Source: a virus
Taxonomy: Duplodnaviria > Caudoviricetes
DNA length: 64,000 nucleotides
Virus record (IMG/VR): IMGVR_UViG_3300026432_000013
Location: 1 to 64,000 of that record
Reading direction: 5' to 3' (one strand)
Below the pieces are notes generated by a model. That model saw only the letters and a list, made by a program, of their open reading frames with translations. It searched no databases and was not told the origin of the DNA. Position 1 is the first letter of the stretch. The number at the start of each line of letters is the position of its first letter. This document shows positions 34,846 through 44,970 of this stretch, piece by piece. A program made the translations under genes and the position numbers.

Positions 34846-35193
34846 CTAGAAATCGTTATAGATTTTATGTGGTATACCTGCCTGCCCCATCTTCATAAGC
34901 ATGTCATTAGTACCTTTACTGTTCAGCTTACTTCTGAACCCTAGACCATATTCAGGCTTACCCTCATGCAACATCTGGCTATTACGGTATAAGCCCTCAC
35001 GCTTATCGCCTTTCCACTCAGCCTTATATACTTCTACTTTAAACCCTAAGTATCTGGCTACTATGTCTACTATTTTGTCTAGTCCTTTAGCACCACCATG
35101 TATGATAACAGAGTCTACTGGTAATTCCAGTAGAGCATCTATTACCATGTCAACGTTCTTGAAGTCTCTACTCCCCGTGCATAGAACTCTCAT
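34846..35193 (-). CDS. SLOG-superfamily (DUF2493/YspA-like) protein
   Basis: VLCTGSRDF, IIHGGAKGLD, RNSQML, KGT..M. Confidence 0.85.
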   Translation of the reverse strand: MRVLCTGSRDFKNVDMVIDALLELPVDSVIIHGGAKGLDKIVDIVARYLGFKVEVYKAEWKGDKREGLYRNSQMLHEGKPEYGLGFRSKLNSKGTNDMLMKMGQAGIPHKIYNDF

Positions 35194-35450
35194 GGTGTTT
35201 GTATCATCCTAATACCCAAGTGCCCCATTCTCTCTTCTGTAAGGATGTAAGGTACCTCTTCTTCTGCCCTATCCCCATCCATGAGAACTAAGGCAAAGTA
35301 TACTGTGTAGTGTCTTCCTCCTCCATTGTCTAGAGAAACAGTTTCCACTATTCCTGTAGTACCTTCTGGAATAACAGCACTACCAAAATTTATCTCTTTA
35401 GTACACAACATTACAGAACCTGGCTTAAACATTACGTACATCTCAGGCAT
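35190..35450 (-). CDS. SH3-like hypothetical protein
   Basis: IPEGTTGIV...YTVYF. Confidence 0.7.
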   Translation of the reverse strand: MPEMYVMFKPGSVMLCTKEINFGSAVIPEGTTGIVETVSLDNGGGRHYTVYFALVLMDGDRAEEEVPYILTEERMGHLGIRMIQTP

Positions 35451-36120
35451 TGTTTGCTACCTCCTTACGCTTACGTGAATCACGTATTCTGATTGCCATA
35501 TTCTTTAAAGCTTCAAACTGCTTATCTGATAGGGAGTTACCCTCATTCCACTGTTTCTGTAGGCTTTGGAAGAAACTATTCTCTCCATGCCCAGCACTAT
35601 GTATAATACTTGCTGCATATCGAATTGAAGGCTCTTGCTTTCTGCGTTTACTCTCTACCTCTTGTGGGTCTGGTACATATGGTTTCTTCCTAAGACTGTC
35701 TAGACCTTCTACAAAGTTCTTACTGAACTCTTTATCCTTCATCTTCTCTTCACCATGTACAATATACCCTACGCACACACTACCCAAGTCCAAATATACA
35801 CCTGTTTTAATGTTCTTGCATAAGTATCTGTATCTAATTTGCTGGTGTTGGCAGTACTCACATGTAGTTTTATTACCTTTACCGTTGTCTTTTACCTTAC
35901 CAGTGAATACCCACTCTTTTCTAAGTTGTTCTCTAAAGTGGTTATCCTGTCCATCCTCAAGATACTCATCCAAAACCTTAGCATCTTCTCTAGTGATTGA
36001 TAAGACTGCTCTCTTACCTTCCTTACGTAGACATTCTGTGTACTCATACAGTTCCTCGCTGTCCTGTAGACAGTCACTAAGCAAAAGTATTCTCCACTCA
36101 CCTACTGATAATTTAGTCAT
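35443..36120 (-). CDS. Zinc-binding hypothetical protein
   Basis: CEYC..IRY...GSVC. Confidence 0.8.
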   Translation of the reverse strand: MTKLSVGEWRILLLSDCLQDSEELYEYTECLRKEGKRAVLSITREDAKVLDEYLEDGQDNHFREQLRKEWVFTGKVKDNGKGNKTTCEYCQHQQIRYRYLCKNIKTGVYLDLGSVCVGYIVHGEEKMKDKEFSKNFVEGLDSLRKKPYVPDPQEVESKRRKQEPSIRYAASIIHSAGHGENSFFQSLQKQWNEGNSLSDKQFEALKNMAIRIRDSRKRKEVANNA

Positions 36121-36262
36121 ATCTCTACACCTCTCCTTTTAGACTCAATGTACTTCCTGACTTCCATGAGTCAATTTTCACACGGAACAGAGAGAAAAGC
36201 AAATCAATCCTCTTACAATAAATAAAAAAGGAGACAACATCAAAGTTGTCTCCCTACAGTGT

Positions 36263-36628
36263 CTACGCCTTATACTGTTCCTTGCTCTTGTAGTAATTTT
36301 CCATGTCTTCCTTAGCTTTGTTTAACATATGTCGTTTGAAGTCTACTCTACGTTTGATACGCGTCTTCTGACTATGCTTGTTTGTAGCTTTATACTTGCC
36401 CTCCCAAAATGCTAGTTCCTTCTCTCTTACAGCCACCTCACTCTCAGGAGTAATGCCCATTATGTCATAGATACTAAAGGTTGGCATGAAGCTACTAACC
36501 TTTACTTCTCCTACCCAGTTTACAGGAGATTGTGCCACCCCTGCTTTATTCTCTCTAGATGAGCTAAGACGACCTGTTCTAACACCTGTAGTATTAATGT
36601 ACGCTTCCATCTTTAACATCCCCTCCAC
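36263..36628 (-). CDS. Hypothetical protein with PolA-like TGRLSS peptide
   Basis: TGVRTGRLSSSREN near the N-terminus; basic C-terminus. Confidence 0.7.
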   Translation of the reverse strand: MEGMLKMEAYINTTGVRTGRLSSSRENKAGVAQSPVNWVGEVKVSSFMPTFSIYDIMGITPESEVAVREKELAFWEGKYKATNKHSQKTRIKRRVDFKRHMLNKAKEDMENYYKSKEQYKA

Positions 36629-36932
36629 TAGCTATTGCCATCATCATTTGTAATACCTGCTTAGTCTGTCTTTCCTCACCATCAGGTATAGGTGCAGCAC
36701 CACAACCCTTCTCATCAAACAGTGCCATTGTAATACCATTGCTACTATGATCTACTAAGAATACATGGCTAACTCCATCCTTGTAAACCAATAGGTGAGA
36801 TAGAATTACTGTACCCTCTGGCTTGCCTGCATTAGCAGATACATCCATGTTAAGACTACCAACCTTTACTCCTGGTAGTAAAAACTTGTCTATAGCAAGA
36901 AACAACTCAATATCCATGTGAAACTCATTCAT
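36594..36932 (-). CDS. Hypothetical protein
   Basis: Operon-packed ORF. Confidence 0.75.
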   Translation of the reverse strand: MNEFHMDIELFLAIDKFLLPGVKVGSLNMDVSANAGKPEGTVILSHLLVYKDGVSHVFLVDHSSNGITMALFDEKGCGAAPIPDGEERQTKQVLQMMMAIASGGDVKDGSVH

Positions 36933-36944
36933 TTTCCATTCCCC

Positions 36945-37256
36945 CTACATAAAGTCTGATTGTCTGTGACCCACTTCAGCCACCTTACTAAGCTTACCTT
37001 GTTCCTCTGCTAAGTACTCTTCTACATATTTTCTTGCTGTTGCTAGGTGACTGTAGTGTAAGAAGCCATCAATTTGTTCTATGTCATCTTCATACTCAGT
37101 AAGGTCATTGTCCTCCAGTACCTTTCTGATAGCTGAATGTCTCATTTCCCAACAGAAACTAGGCTCTCCACCAGATACAAACATCTCTGGTTTCTCTTGT
37201 GCCCACTCTTCTAATATCTTTACCGCTTCATCTTTTACCTCACCGTTGGTCATCAT
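36945..37256 (-). CDS. Hypothetical protein
   Basis: SD GGAGG. Confidence 0.75.
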   Translation of the reverse strand: MMTNGEVKDEAVKILEEWAQEKPEMFVSGGEPSFCWEMRHSAIRKVLEDNDLTEYEDDIEQIDGFLHYSHLATARKYVEEYLAEEQGKLSKVAEVGHRQSDFM

Positions 37257-37258
37257 AA

Positions 37259-37480
37259 CTATCCCTCCATATGTTCGATTATATTAAGTGCCATCTTGTG
37301 GTCACTTTTAAGTTCTTTACACTGAATAGCTCCATACATGAAATCTAGTATCAGTTGTGCCTCATCTGGATGAAGTACTAACATTACATCCTCTTTAGTA
37401 AGGGCTGAAGCCCCCTTAGGGACTTTACTCAGCCTTGCTAATTTTGCCCTACGCTTCAGTTCCTCTAACTCTGCCGACAT
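37259..37480 (-). CDS. Hypothetical protein
   Basis: SD AAGGAGG. Confidence 0.75.
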   Translation of the reverse strand: MSAELEELKRRAKLARLSKVPKGASALTKEDVMLVLHPDEAQLILDFMYGAIQCKELKSDHKMALNIIEHMEG

Positions 37481-37676
37481 GTGTAGCCTCCTTCCTAAGA
37501 CTGATGTAGAGGTTACTACTCATTACCAGAGTTCCTCTACGACCTTCTATAGACTCTATATCTGCTTCTGTTATTCTCTTGAAGTGCTCTACATCTACTA
37601 GGAATACTGTAGTTCCTGTTCTGACCTCTACCTGACGTAGCCTAAGGTCAGCGATGTAGTTAATCTTTATGTTCAC
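37449..37676 (-). CDS. Hypothetical protein
   Basis: Operon-packed ORF. Confidence 0.7.
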   Translation of the reverse strand: MNIKINYIADLRLRQVEVRTGTTVFLVDVEHFKRITEADIESIEGRRGTLVMSSNLYISLRKEATHVGRVRGTEA

Positions 37677-37679
37677 TAG

Positions 37680-37943
37680 CTATTCCTCCCTACCCTGCTG
37701 AAGGGAGTCAACGGTACCCCTCATAGCTATCATTCTAATCTTGTTGTTAATGTCAGCGTCTAGCTTGATTAAGCACTGAACACACAGAACTATCGTGGTT
37801 GTAGTATTAGTTCTACCTACATATATCTTGTAGGCTTCTGTCAAACCCCTGTCTAAACAGTTGTTACAACTACATTCCCCTACTATTCTGTTAATACGCA
37901 CGAATATCACCTCTCCTTTATGCTTGGTGTGTCCCTCGACCAC
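37680..37943 (-). CDS. Cys-rich hypothetical protein
   Basis: CSCNNC...CVQC; promoter TTGACT-N17-AAAAAT at about 37950-37980. Confidence 0.7.
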   Translation of the reverse strand: MVEGHTKHKGEVIFVRINRIVGECSCNNCLDRGLTEAYKIYVGRTNTTTTIVLCVQCLIKLDADINNKIRMIAMRGTVDSLQQGREE

Positions 37944-38008
37944 ATCCTTATTTTTTCCGAATCCTCGAAAAAAGTCAAACCAGTAGACCTATACAAGAAA
38001 AGACTACC

Positions 38009-38671
38009 CTAAAGGGTAGCCTTGACGTGTTCTTTCATAATAGTCTCCATTACATAGTGAGCTGATTCCTTGCTATCAACTATATTGATATTTGTAACAT
38101 CAATCTCAACTTTAGGACTGTAGAAGTAGGTTCTGTACCAGACTTCATACGCTTGATTTAGCTTCTCCCAATAGGAACGCTCTACGTTCAACTCCGATTT
38201 CCTATTTCTTTTTTGAATTCGGTTGATACACTCATCAGTGGAGCATTTTAGGTAAACCATAAGTGCTGGTGGCTCAGTTAGGGCACGGAATGTATGGAAT
38301 ATGTTGATGTAGTCATTCATATTACGTTCCGTCATAATGCCATCTTGAGTCATCATGGAAGCAAATATTAAGTTTCCATACATGCTCATATCCATAATGT
38401 GATCATCTAAGCGTTGTGCATGTAAGGCTTGCTTAAAGCGTTCATGCAACAGGAATACCTGCATTGCATATCCATGTTTCTCAGGGTCTTTATAATAATC
38501 AGTTAAGTAGGGGTTACTCTTAACTGGCTCTCGGAATAATGTCATTCCTGTATATGTTGCCAACATCTCAGCTAAAGTACTCTTTCCTGCTCCTACACTA
38601 CCCTGAATTACAATGCCTTTACTCATCCGATGATTCCTCCCTGTTGATAGTGACAGTAATGGTTGTGTCAT
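38009..38671 (-). CDS. Deoxynucleoside kinase-family protein
   Basis: IQGSVGAGKST, EPV..NPYL..YY, Q..LL..RF, RIQKRNRKSE. Confidence 0.9.
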   Translation of the reverse strand: MTQPLLSLSTGRNHRMSKGIVIQGSVGAGKSTLAEMLATYTGMTLFREPVKSNPYLTDYYKDPEKHGYAMQVFLLHERFKQALHAQRLDDHIMDMSMYGNLIFASMMTQDGIMTERNMNDYINIFHTFRALTEPPALMVYLKCSTDECINRIQKRNRKSELNVERSYWEKLNQAYEVWYRTYFYSPKVEIDVTNINIVDSKESAHYVMETIMKEHVKATL

Positions 38672-38915
38672 TGTTCACTTGGATATTTACTGGAATCTTC
38701 ATACGTTTGGCAAGAGTACTTATAGCCTTGGACAGCCTTATAGACATGAGGGATACACTTCTGCTCTTAGTGATAGGCTTCTTTGCTCCTCTATTCATCT
38801 TAGTACATAATTTACATTTACGTACTCTCCCATCTGAGGACTTAGAGTCTCTATGGAACTCATCATAGTCTAGCCATTTCTCACAAGCCGTACATCTCTT
38901 TTTTGCTTCTGCCAT
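38619..38915 (-). CDS. Zinc-finger protein
   Basis: KRCTAC...F....DG...CKLC. Confidence 0.75.
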   Translation of the reverse strand: MAEAKKRCTACEKWLDYDEFHRDSKSSDGRVRKCKLCTKMNRGAKKPITKSRSVSLMSIRLSKAISTLAKRMKIPVNIQVNNDTTITVTINREESSDE

Positions 38916-39261
38916 ACTGTACCACTCCTTCCAGTAGTTCTTTTAAATATTCATCGCTGCAATACTCCACACCATATTTCACTCTGAACATACGTTCCTG
39001 CTTTGCTCTATCAGGGTCTACCTTGATCCTAGAAATCTTACCAAAGTTGCTCTTAATCATGCTAGCAAGCTCATCCCCAGCCTTATCAGGGTCAGATAAT
39101 ATGAAAGTAGGAAGCCTCATGTCTAAGGCTTCCTGAATCTGCTCTCTGATACGGTTATTAAATTTTGTCCCATTCGTTACTATGGTTTGCACATCTTTTG
39201 GACTGTAGACTCTACGAATTGCGTCATGGTCACTAAAACCTTCAACGATAACCGCTATCAT
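38881..39261 (-). CDS. Stand-alone Toprim domain protein (RNase M5-like)
   Basis: VIVEGFSD, ILSDPDKAGD, GVE. Confidence 0.85.
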   Translation of the reverse strand: MIAVIVEGFSDHDAIRRVYSPKDVQTIVTNGTKFNNRIREQIQEALDMRLPTFILSDPDKAGDELASMIKSNFGKISRIKVDPDRAKQERMFRVKYGVEYCSDEYLKELLEGVVQYGRSKKEMYGL

Positions 39262-39262
39262 C

Positions 39263-39664
39263 TTATACCCTCCTTGTCACCAATAAAATTGAGCCATTCT
39301 CTTTGGGTAGCCATCTAACAGAATCCACCCAGCCCATTCCAAGCAACGTCTGTGTCACAACCTTATGGAATCTATCATTTTTAGGGTGTTCGTCTGGATA
39401 AAATGGGAAGATGTTAGCATTCATCTTAACAAGGGTATATACCTGTATAAAGTTTCTACTAACCTCAAGGAAGTGTGGTTTAGGCTCTGAACCACACGTT
39501 ACTAGGCACTTCTCTACAAGGTTCATAAACATAATAGCATCATGGTCTTTAAGTTGTCCAGCATTACTGTAGGTTATTCCAAATTTAGCTATCTCCTGCT
39601 CAAGTTTCTTAGCCTGGAGTGTCATAGCTTCTTCATGTTTCTTCATTTGATACTCATTAGTCAT
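39263..39664 (-). CDS. Hypothetical protein
   Basis: Operon-packed ORF. Confidence 0.75.
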   Translation of the reverse strand: MTNEYQMKKHEEAMTLQAKKLEQEIAKFGITYSNAGQLKDHDAIMFMNLVEKCLVTCGSEPKPHFLEVSRNFIQVYTLVKMNANIFPFYPDEHPKNDRFHKVVTQTLLGMGWVDSVRWLPKENGSILLVTRRV

Positions 39665-40220
39665 ATAAGTCCTCTCCCCACCACTCTATTAGTCTTGCAT
39701 ACTCTTTGTCAAACTTCTGTATCAAGAAGTACAGCCTAGCATGTAGTCTATTGGAAGGTACCCCTTCTTCCTCGGCTAACTGCTGAATAGTCTTCTGGTC
39801 TATCAGCAATCCAATCATAAGATTTCGATGTTTCTCTCCTAGCTGAATGTCTGGGTCAATACTATGAAGGTCAACTATACGCTGAAGTAACTCTGCATAT
39901 TGGGTATCCTCCACTACTATACCGTTATCATCATTGCTGTATGTCTCACGATTTATGTTCTTATGGTACTTGTTTACCCAGTGGAAGATACGTAAATCAA
40001 GCATCTTCTTAATATAGTAGGGGAAGTCAACCCCCCGATGGGGGTTGTATTCCGTTACTAAGCTTAAGAATGTACGGTCTATTTCAGCAGACAACTCTTC
40101 CCTATCTGTGTTGTTAGCCATCTGGTCTTTGAACTTATTGTATATCTTTCTTCTAAGTGGCTCATACTTATTATAGAGATATACAGGTTCAAAATGAGTA
40201 GGAGGTGTCATATCGTTCAT
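39657..40220 (-). CDS. Sigma-70-family RNA polymerase sigma factor
   Basis: Region 2-like LYNKYEPL..EYNPHRGVDFPYY; region 4 HTH TIQQLAEEEGV. Confidence 0.75.
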   Translation of the reverse strand: MNDMTPPTHFEPVYLYNKYEPLRRKIYNKFKDQMANNTDREELSAEIDRTFLSLVTEYNPHRGVDFPYYIKKMLDLRIFHWVNKYHKNINRETYSNDDNGIVVEDTQYAELLQRIVDLHSIDPDIQLGEKHRNLMIGLLIDQKTIQQLAEEEGVPSNRLHARLYFLIQKFDKEYARLIEWWGEDLYD

Positions 40221-40525
40221 TCTACGTCACTAATCCTTTCTTCCCCACTAAAGATACCGTTCCAGCATATGCAAGTAAAGACTTCAGCAGTATAGTCCAT
40301 CCCAAAGCACTGGTAACTAACTCGTAGGTATCTCTCATGAGCTTCTACTATCGTGATAACACGTACTTCTTTGGTAGACCCACTAGTGTACAGCCCACGT
40401 CTACCCTCTAGAGCCTTGTATTCTTCTCTTAACTTCTTGTGTTGCTCATCTACAGCACCAGCTACAGGAGAGCTATCTATTAGCTTGTTACTTCTATATT
40501 GCAGTGCTTTGAGAAATTCCTTCAT
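40217..40525 (-). CDS. Hypothetical protein
   Basis: SD AGGAGG. Confidence 0.75.
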   Translation of the reverse strand: MKEFLKALQYRSNKLIDSSPVAGAVDEQHKKLREEYKALEGRRGLYTSGSTKEVRVITIVEAHERYLRVSYQCFGMDYTAEVFTCICWNGIFSGEERISDVE

Positions 40526-40540
40526 ATATACTCAATCCTC

Positions 40541-41824
40541 CTAGTCTTTGTCAGGACGGAATCTTATAAACACTGGGAAGCGTAGAGACTTCTTACCTGT
40601 CTTGCTATTGGTAGTTTCCTCTCGGTATTCCACTTCAATAGTCTGATTTATAAGTTCGTCACGTTTAACCCACAATTCATCTCGTAGCTCATGAGATACA
40701 CCCTCACCTACATTAACAGTATTGTCTTTGTAAGCAACTACCAGAGCACCCAGAGTGCCTTCAAACATGGTACCTTCCCTACCTTCAGTAGTTCCAACGA
40801 TAGGAAGGTCAATTCTCTTAACCCCTACTATCTTCTGCATGTCATAACATTTTTTACATTTATAAGTAGCATCAAGGTCTTTCAGCATAGTACCCTCATA
40901 TCCTAATGCTACGTTTCTACGATGAATTTCAAATACTGCCTGTTGTGACTCTTCACTATCCTCGAAGTGCCCTTCAGGTCTTACATACTCAATAAACCAT
41001 AGTGGAAGGTCTTGGATATAGTGATGGTCTAAGTACTCCATGTGATCAATACGCTCTTCATAGATAGTCTTGCTCTCACCTGCTTCAAACTCTTCTATAG
41101 TTAAGCAGTCGAACATATGAAGAATACCTTCTTTGCTGTCAGTCTTCTTAAAGGCTGATTTTTGTACATCAGAGAACTTACCAGATGGTGCCATAATCTC
41201 TCCATCATATACATACCCTCTTGGTAGTTTAGCAACATCTTGCTCAATTGCATCATATCCAGTAATGATTTTACCATTTCTAGATTTAAGTTCTACTCTA
41301 CCGTCATGATGATGAAAAGCATTGCATCTATACCCATCAAACTTAGGATTAGTTGTATATCTCTTTGGATACTTCTTCAATGCCTTAGCTAGAGCACAAG
41401 TATGAGTTTCAATAAACCCTGGGAATACCTTGTTAATACTCTTAGCAGTAATACCAATCTTAAAGTCTTTCTGGATAGACTTCATATACCACTCTGCTTC
41501 TTTAGAGCCACATGTGGACATCAATCCATCTAAGGCTTCTAATGCAGCATTACCTGTCAGGTCTCTGCTAGCTAGTAGATTAGTAAGGAGGAGGTATTTA
41601 TCATAATTGTATTGAAGGTCATCGTTGAATTCAATACTTAAAGGCTTAGTTTTAGACTTTTTCTTGATACCAAATATCATCTCTGGGTCATAAGTTCTTA
41701 GTAGGATTTCTTTAAACACGGGGTTACCCTCACCCTGTCTCAGGTAATCCTCTTTAGCCGTTCTTGATGTAGTTCCCCCTATAGCTTGCAACAATTCGAA
41801 TGCATGTACAATCTGTTTAGTCAT
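40541..41824 (-). CDS. ATP-dependent DNA ligase
   Basis: KFDGYR adenylation motif, YDGEI, YEGTMLK, OB-fold GTLGAL, SLRFPVFIRFRPDK. Confidence 0.93.
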   Translation of the reverse strand: MTKQIVHAFELLQAIGGTTSRTAKEDYLRQGEGNPVFKEILLRTYDPEMIFGIKKKSKTKPLSIEFNDDLQYNYDKYLLLTNLLASRDLTGNAALEALDGLMSTCGSKEAEWYMKSIQKDFKIGITAKSINKVFPGFIETHTCALAKALKKYPKRYTTNPKFDGYRCNAFHHHDGRVELKSRNGKIITGYDAIEQDVAKLPRGYVYDGEIMAPSGKFSDVQKSAFKKTDSKEGILHMFDCLTIEEFEAGESKTIYEERIDHMEYLDHHYIQDLPLWFIEYVRPEGHFEDSEESQQAVFEIHRRNVALGYEGTMLKDLDATYKCKKCYDMQKIVGVKRIDLPIVGTTEGREGTMFEGTLGALVVAYKDNTVNVGEGVSHELRDELWVKRDELINQTIEVEYREETTNSKTGKKSLRFPVFIRFRPDKD

Positions 41825-41922
41825 TTAGATAAATCTCTCCTTTCAAGGTCTCTGAAATAAAAGAAGGGGAGTTCTCAGAGTTTTCCCTTTATTTGTCATA
41901 TGGCATAAAATAAGAGGTCTCT

Positions 41923-42159
41923 CTACAGAGACCCCTCTTTTTTCTCTAGTCGATATACCAGAATGAAACTGGTTACCCAACCTAGTATCTTTATACTCCA
42001 AATAGTTATGTCTGGAGGATGTGTGGCGTAGTATTCATCTAGGTCTAGAATACCCCACCATACCACTCCTACTAGAATGATTCCTGCTAACTGGAATACA
42101 TAGCTGAATAGCCAGCACATCCATACCTGCCTTATGGTGTTCTGTATTCTCATTCCCAT
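41923..42159 (-). CDS. Small membrane protein
   Basis: Two TM segments. Confidence 0.7.
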   Translation of the reverse strand: MGMRIQNTIRQVWMCWLFSYVFQLAGIILVGVVWWGILDLDEYYATHPPDITIWSIKILGWVTSFILVYRLEKKEGSL

Positions 42160-42581
42160 TTGTGTTCTGCTACATGCACTTGGATATGAGGGTTATGACC
42201 AGGTATTATGTGGTCATATAGAGCCTTAAACCCAATAGTCTCAGCTAAGGTTGTGTACTTAACTGGAAATTTCCTTAACGCCCATGCAGGGAAGTGGGAC
42301 TCTTTAAAGTGTTGCCACCATGTAGCAGGTACTTGGAAGGTAACTGTCTTCTCAAACTCTTTAGCAGGGACTCTCCTTGATATACCCATCACATAGCTAC
42401 TAGCCAACCCATTAATTGCTCTTTCTATAAAGACATCAAAGTCTCCCATATGAGGCTCATAGCTTACATGCTGGGCGATAGTTTCTCGTATACAGTTTAT
42501 GATAACTGTCTTGTGTTCAACCCTGTCTAGTTGCCTCCACATATCACCATTGGCTCTATCATGCCACATATTACTCATCAT
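42150..42581 (-). CDS. Hypothetical protein
   Basis: Operon-packed ORF. Confidence 0.75.
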   Translation of the reverse strand: MMSNMWHDRANGDMWRQLDRVEHKTVIINCIRETIAQHVSYEPHMGDFDVFIERAINGLASSYVMGISRRVPAKEFEKTVTFQVPATWWQHFKESHFPAWALRKFPVKYTTLAETIGFKALYDHIIPGHNPHIQVHVAEHKWE

Positions 42582-43503
42582 CCTCCTCTAGTGCTCGGAA
42601 TACCATAGTAAACGCTAGGTACTCTGCTAGGATAGCAGCAAACTGGTTACGCATCAGCCAGTTCTTGAAGTAGTTTGTATCGAACTCAATAGGATCATTT
42701 AGAGCCTTATCTAGCTCATGTCTAATGCTTGTGTAGTCAAAGAATTTAAGGTTCATAATCTTGTTATTAACACCTAGACGCTTTAAGTTCTCAGGCTCAA
42801 AGATACGTGCATTAACCTTAGACTTCATTAATGCTTTCTTCACGTCACCAGTAGCAGCTAGGATGTGGTCAATGTGACCATATTTATCCATCAGTGCTTT
42901 AGCTTTCTTCTCACCTATACCATGAATACCAATGATATTATCTGAAGTATCCCCCACTAACGCTCGGTAACCAAGGTATGCTTCACGTGTTACTCCAGTC
43001 TCTTCATAGAAGTCACTGATACCGATTACTCTATCCTTGTAAGGAGTATACACTGATACACGCTCATTGATGAGCTGTAGCATATCCTTATCACTTGAGA
43101 CAATCATAACATTGTCTTGAGTAAGCTCACAGAATGCATAAATTAAGTCATCGGCTTCATGACCATCTAACTTAATACTACGTATATTGATCTTAGGAAG
43201 CATAGTGTTAAGCTCATTTAATTGAGCAAATAGCCCATCGAACTTAGCTTTCTCTTCAGGGTCGTCACCATAACTACGATTTGCCTTATATTCGGGATAT
43301 AATTCCTTACGCCATTCTGCTTTTCCACCATCGAAACACACCAAACATTTAGTAGTTTCTGGGAAGCGTTCCAGATATATCTTAATGGATTTAAGGACAC
43401 CCTGCATTACACCTGTAGGCTTGCCATCCTTTGTCTCTAGTTGTCCTTGCGGAGTATGGAAAGCACGGTAACCTATATTATTCCCATCAATTAGTAGTAA
43501 CAT
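42571..43503 (-). CDS. 5'-3' exonuclease / flap endonuclease (PolI N-terminal/RNase H-like)
   Basis: LIDGNN, FDGG, YKANR, EADD, SSDKDMLQL, GDTSDNI.GI.GIGEK. Confidence 0.95.
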   Translation of the reverse strand: MLLLIDGNNIGYRAFHTPQGQLETKDGKPTGVMQGVLKSIKIYLERFPETTKCLVCFDGGKAEWRKELYPEYKANRSYGDDPEEKAKFDGLFAQLNELNTMLPKINIRSIKLDGHEADDLIYAFCELTQDNVMIVSSDKDMLQLINERVSVYTPYKDRVIGISDFYEETGVTREAYLGYRALVGDTSDNIIGIHGIGEKKAKALMDKYGHIDHILAATGDVKKALMKSKVNARIFEPENLKRLGVNNKIMNLKFFDYTSIRHELDKALNDPIEFDTNYFKNWLMRNQFAAILAEYLAFTMVFRALEEDDE

Positions 43504-43515
43504 CTTGTTTCCTCC

Positions 43516-44010
43516 TTATAATGCTCTTCTGTATTTTTTACGGTATTCTTTCGCAGGTAGTAAGTCTACAATCTCATCTACCTTGTAGTTCTCTTCTAAG
43601 TCCATTCTAGCATGTTGCTCAGTGACAGCATACAAGTTGATAGGGTATTCCTCTCCATCCTTCTTGCATAGAGCAATGAACTTATCTCTGTTACTTCTGA
43701 TAGCCTTAGCCTGTTCCGCATACTTTTCAATAGCAGGAATGCCCTTAGGTATTGCAGGCTTAGGTCTAACATAAGACTTACGTATATAAACTATGTGAGC
43801 GTTCTTATCCCACCTAAGGGATACACTACCATCATGAGCCTGCTTACACAGTGCTCTAATTTTATCCCTCACCCATACCAAACGTAGACCATGCTGTTCA
43901 ATTATATAGGTGTAGTCATATTCACCTTTCGTCTCAAGGGCTTTAAGAATTTCATCATTCCAATGGGGTTGCCACTTTCTCTTGCGTCCTGCTTCTGCCA
44001 TCTCAATCAC
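43516..44010 (-). CDS. Hypothetical protein
   Basis: Operon-packed ORF. Confidence 0.75.
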   Translation of the reverse strand: MIEMAEAGRKRKWQPHWNDEILKALETKGEYDYTYIIEQHGLRLVWVRDKIRALCKQAHDGSVSLRWDKNAHIVYIRKSYVRPKPAIPKGIPAIEKYAEQAKAIRSNRDKFIALCKKDGEEYPINLYAVTEQHARMDLEENYKVDEIVDLLPAKEYRKKYRRAL

Positions 44011-44056
44011 CTCACAAAAAATAAAAGAAAGGAGTCAGAAATCGACTCCTTAGGGT

Positions 44057-44902
44057 TTATTGACCTGTCAAACCTTGTAAATTTTGTATCATAGCACTCG
44101 CCTTGCCTTTTGTAATGACAATCTCACCATCTTTTACTAAAGTCACCCCATCGTATGGATGAGAAACTCCCTTGTTCATAGCTGTAACAAGTAGCTTCTT
44201 AATAAAGCCAATCTGACCTGTAGTAGCAGGTTCACTTACCCATGCAGGAGCGTTATTTTCATCCTTTTTCTTATAGTTAGACTGTGCTTCTCTAGGTGTC
44301 ACATCTACTTCAATGCAGTTTCTACTAGCTAGGTAGTCACACATGTGGACATGTAGTTGAGCTTTAGTTTTAGGAATGTCCATAATTTCATTACCTTCTT
44401 TATCTGTATTCCAGATGCCCATATGTGTCTCAATCATATTACAGATTAAGCTCCATTTATCTTCCATATCTTTAACACGCAGTGTAGTATCCATATCACA
44501 AGTGAATCCATAACCTTTAGTAGGGTGAAGTGCTTCACGTACTAATAATGGATGCTCGGCTACAGTATGAGTACCATCTGTACCTTGCTTTAGGCAGTCA
44601 TGTAGTAGTACAGCAACACGAATCATATCTTTCTCTACTGGTGTAAAGGGAGAGTATAATTTATGGTCTAATAACTCCTCAGAGATACGGAATACACCTT
44701 TTACATGACGTACTAAGCCAGCCAGACCTAAGCTACTTTTTGGATGGTACTTACCACTTGCTGATGCTGGTACATACCAGAAGTAATCAGGTGCTTTATT
44801 TAAGCCATGTACTGCTAAGTGACGGCACACTTCATCTTCAATACAACCTAGTTCATATTTAAATTCATGGCTAACATCTACAGCTTGTTTAATCTCTTTC
44901 AT
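44057..44902 (-). CDS. HD-domain phosphohydrolase
   Basis: KYHP...GLVRH, LLHDCLK, H.G.W, DYLASR; start reassigned to MKEIK. Confidence 0.85.
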   Translation of the reverse strand: MKEIKQAVDVSHEFKYELGCIEDEVCRHLAVHGLNKAPDYFWYVPASASGKYHPKSSLGLAGLVRHVKGVFRISEELLDHKLYSPFTPVEKDMIRVAVLLHDCLKQGTDGTHTVAEHPLLVREALHPTKGYGFTCDMDTTLRVKDMEDKWSLICNMIETHMGIWNTDKEGNEIMDIPKTKAQLHVHMCDYLASRNCIEVDVTPREAQSNYKKKDENNAPAWVSEPATTGQIGFIKKLLVTAMNKGVSHPYDGVTLVKDGEIVITKGKASAMIQNLQGLTGQ

Positions 44903-44970
44903 AAGTATATATCCCCTTTTCAAAAGTATTAGCAGGTGGTTGCCCACCTGCTTAATGTCCTAAGTATGCC

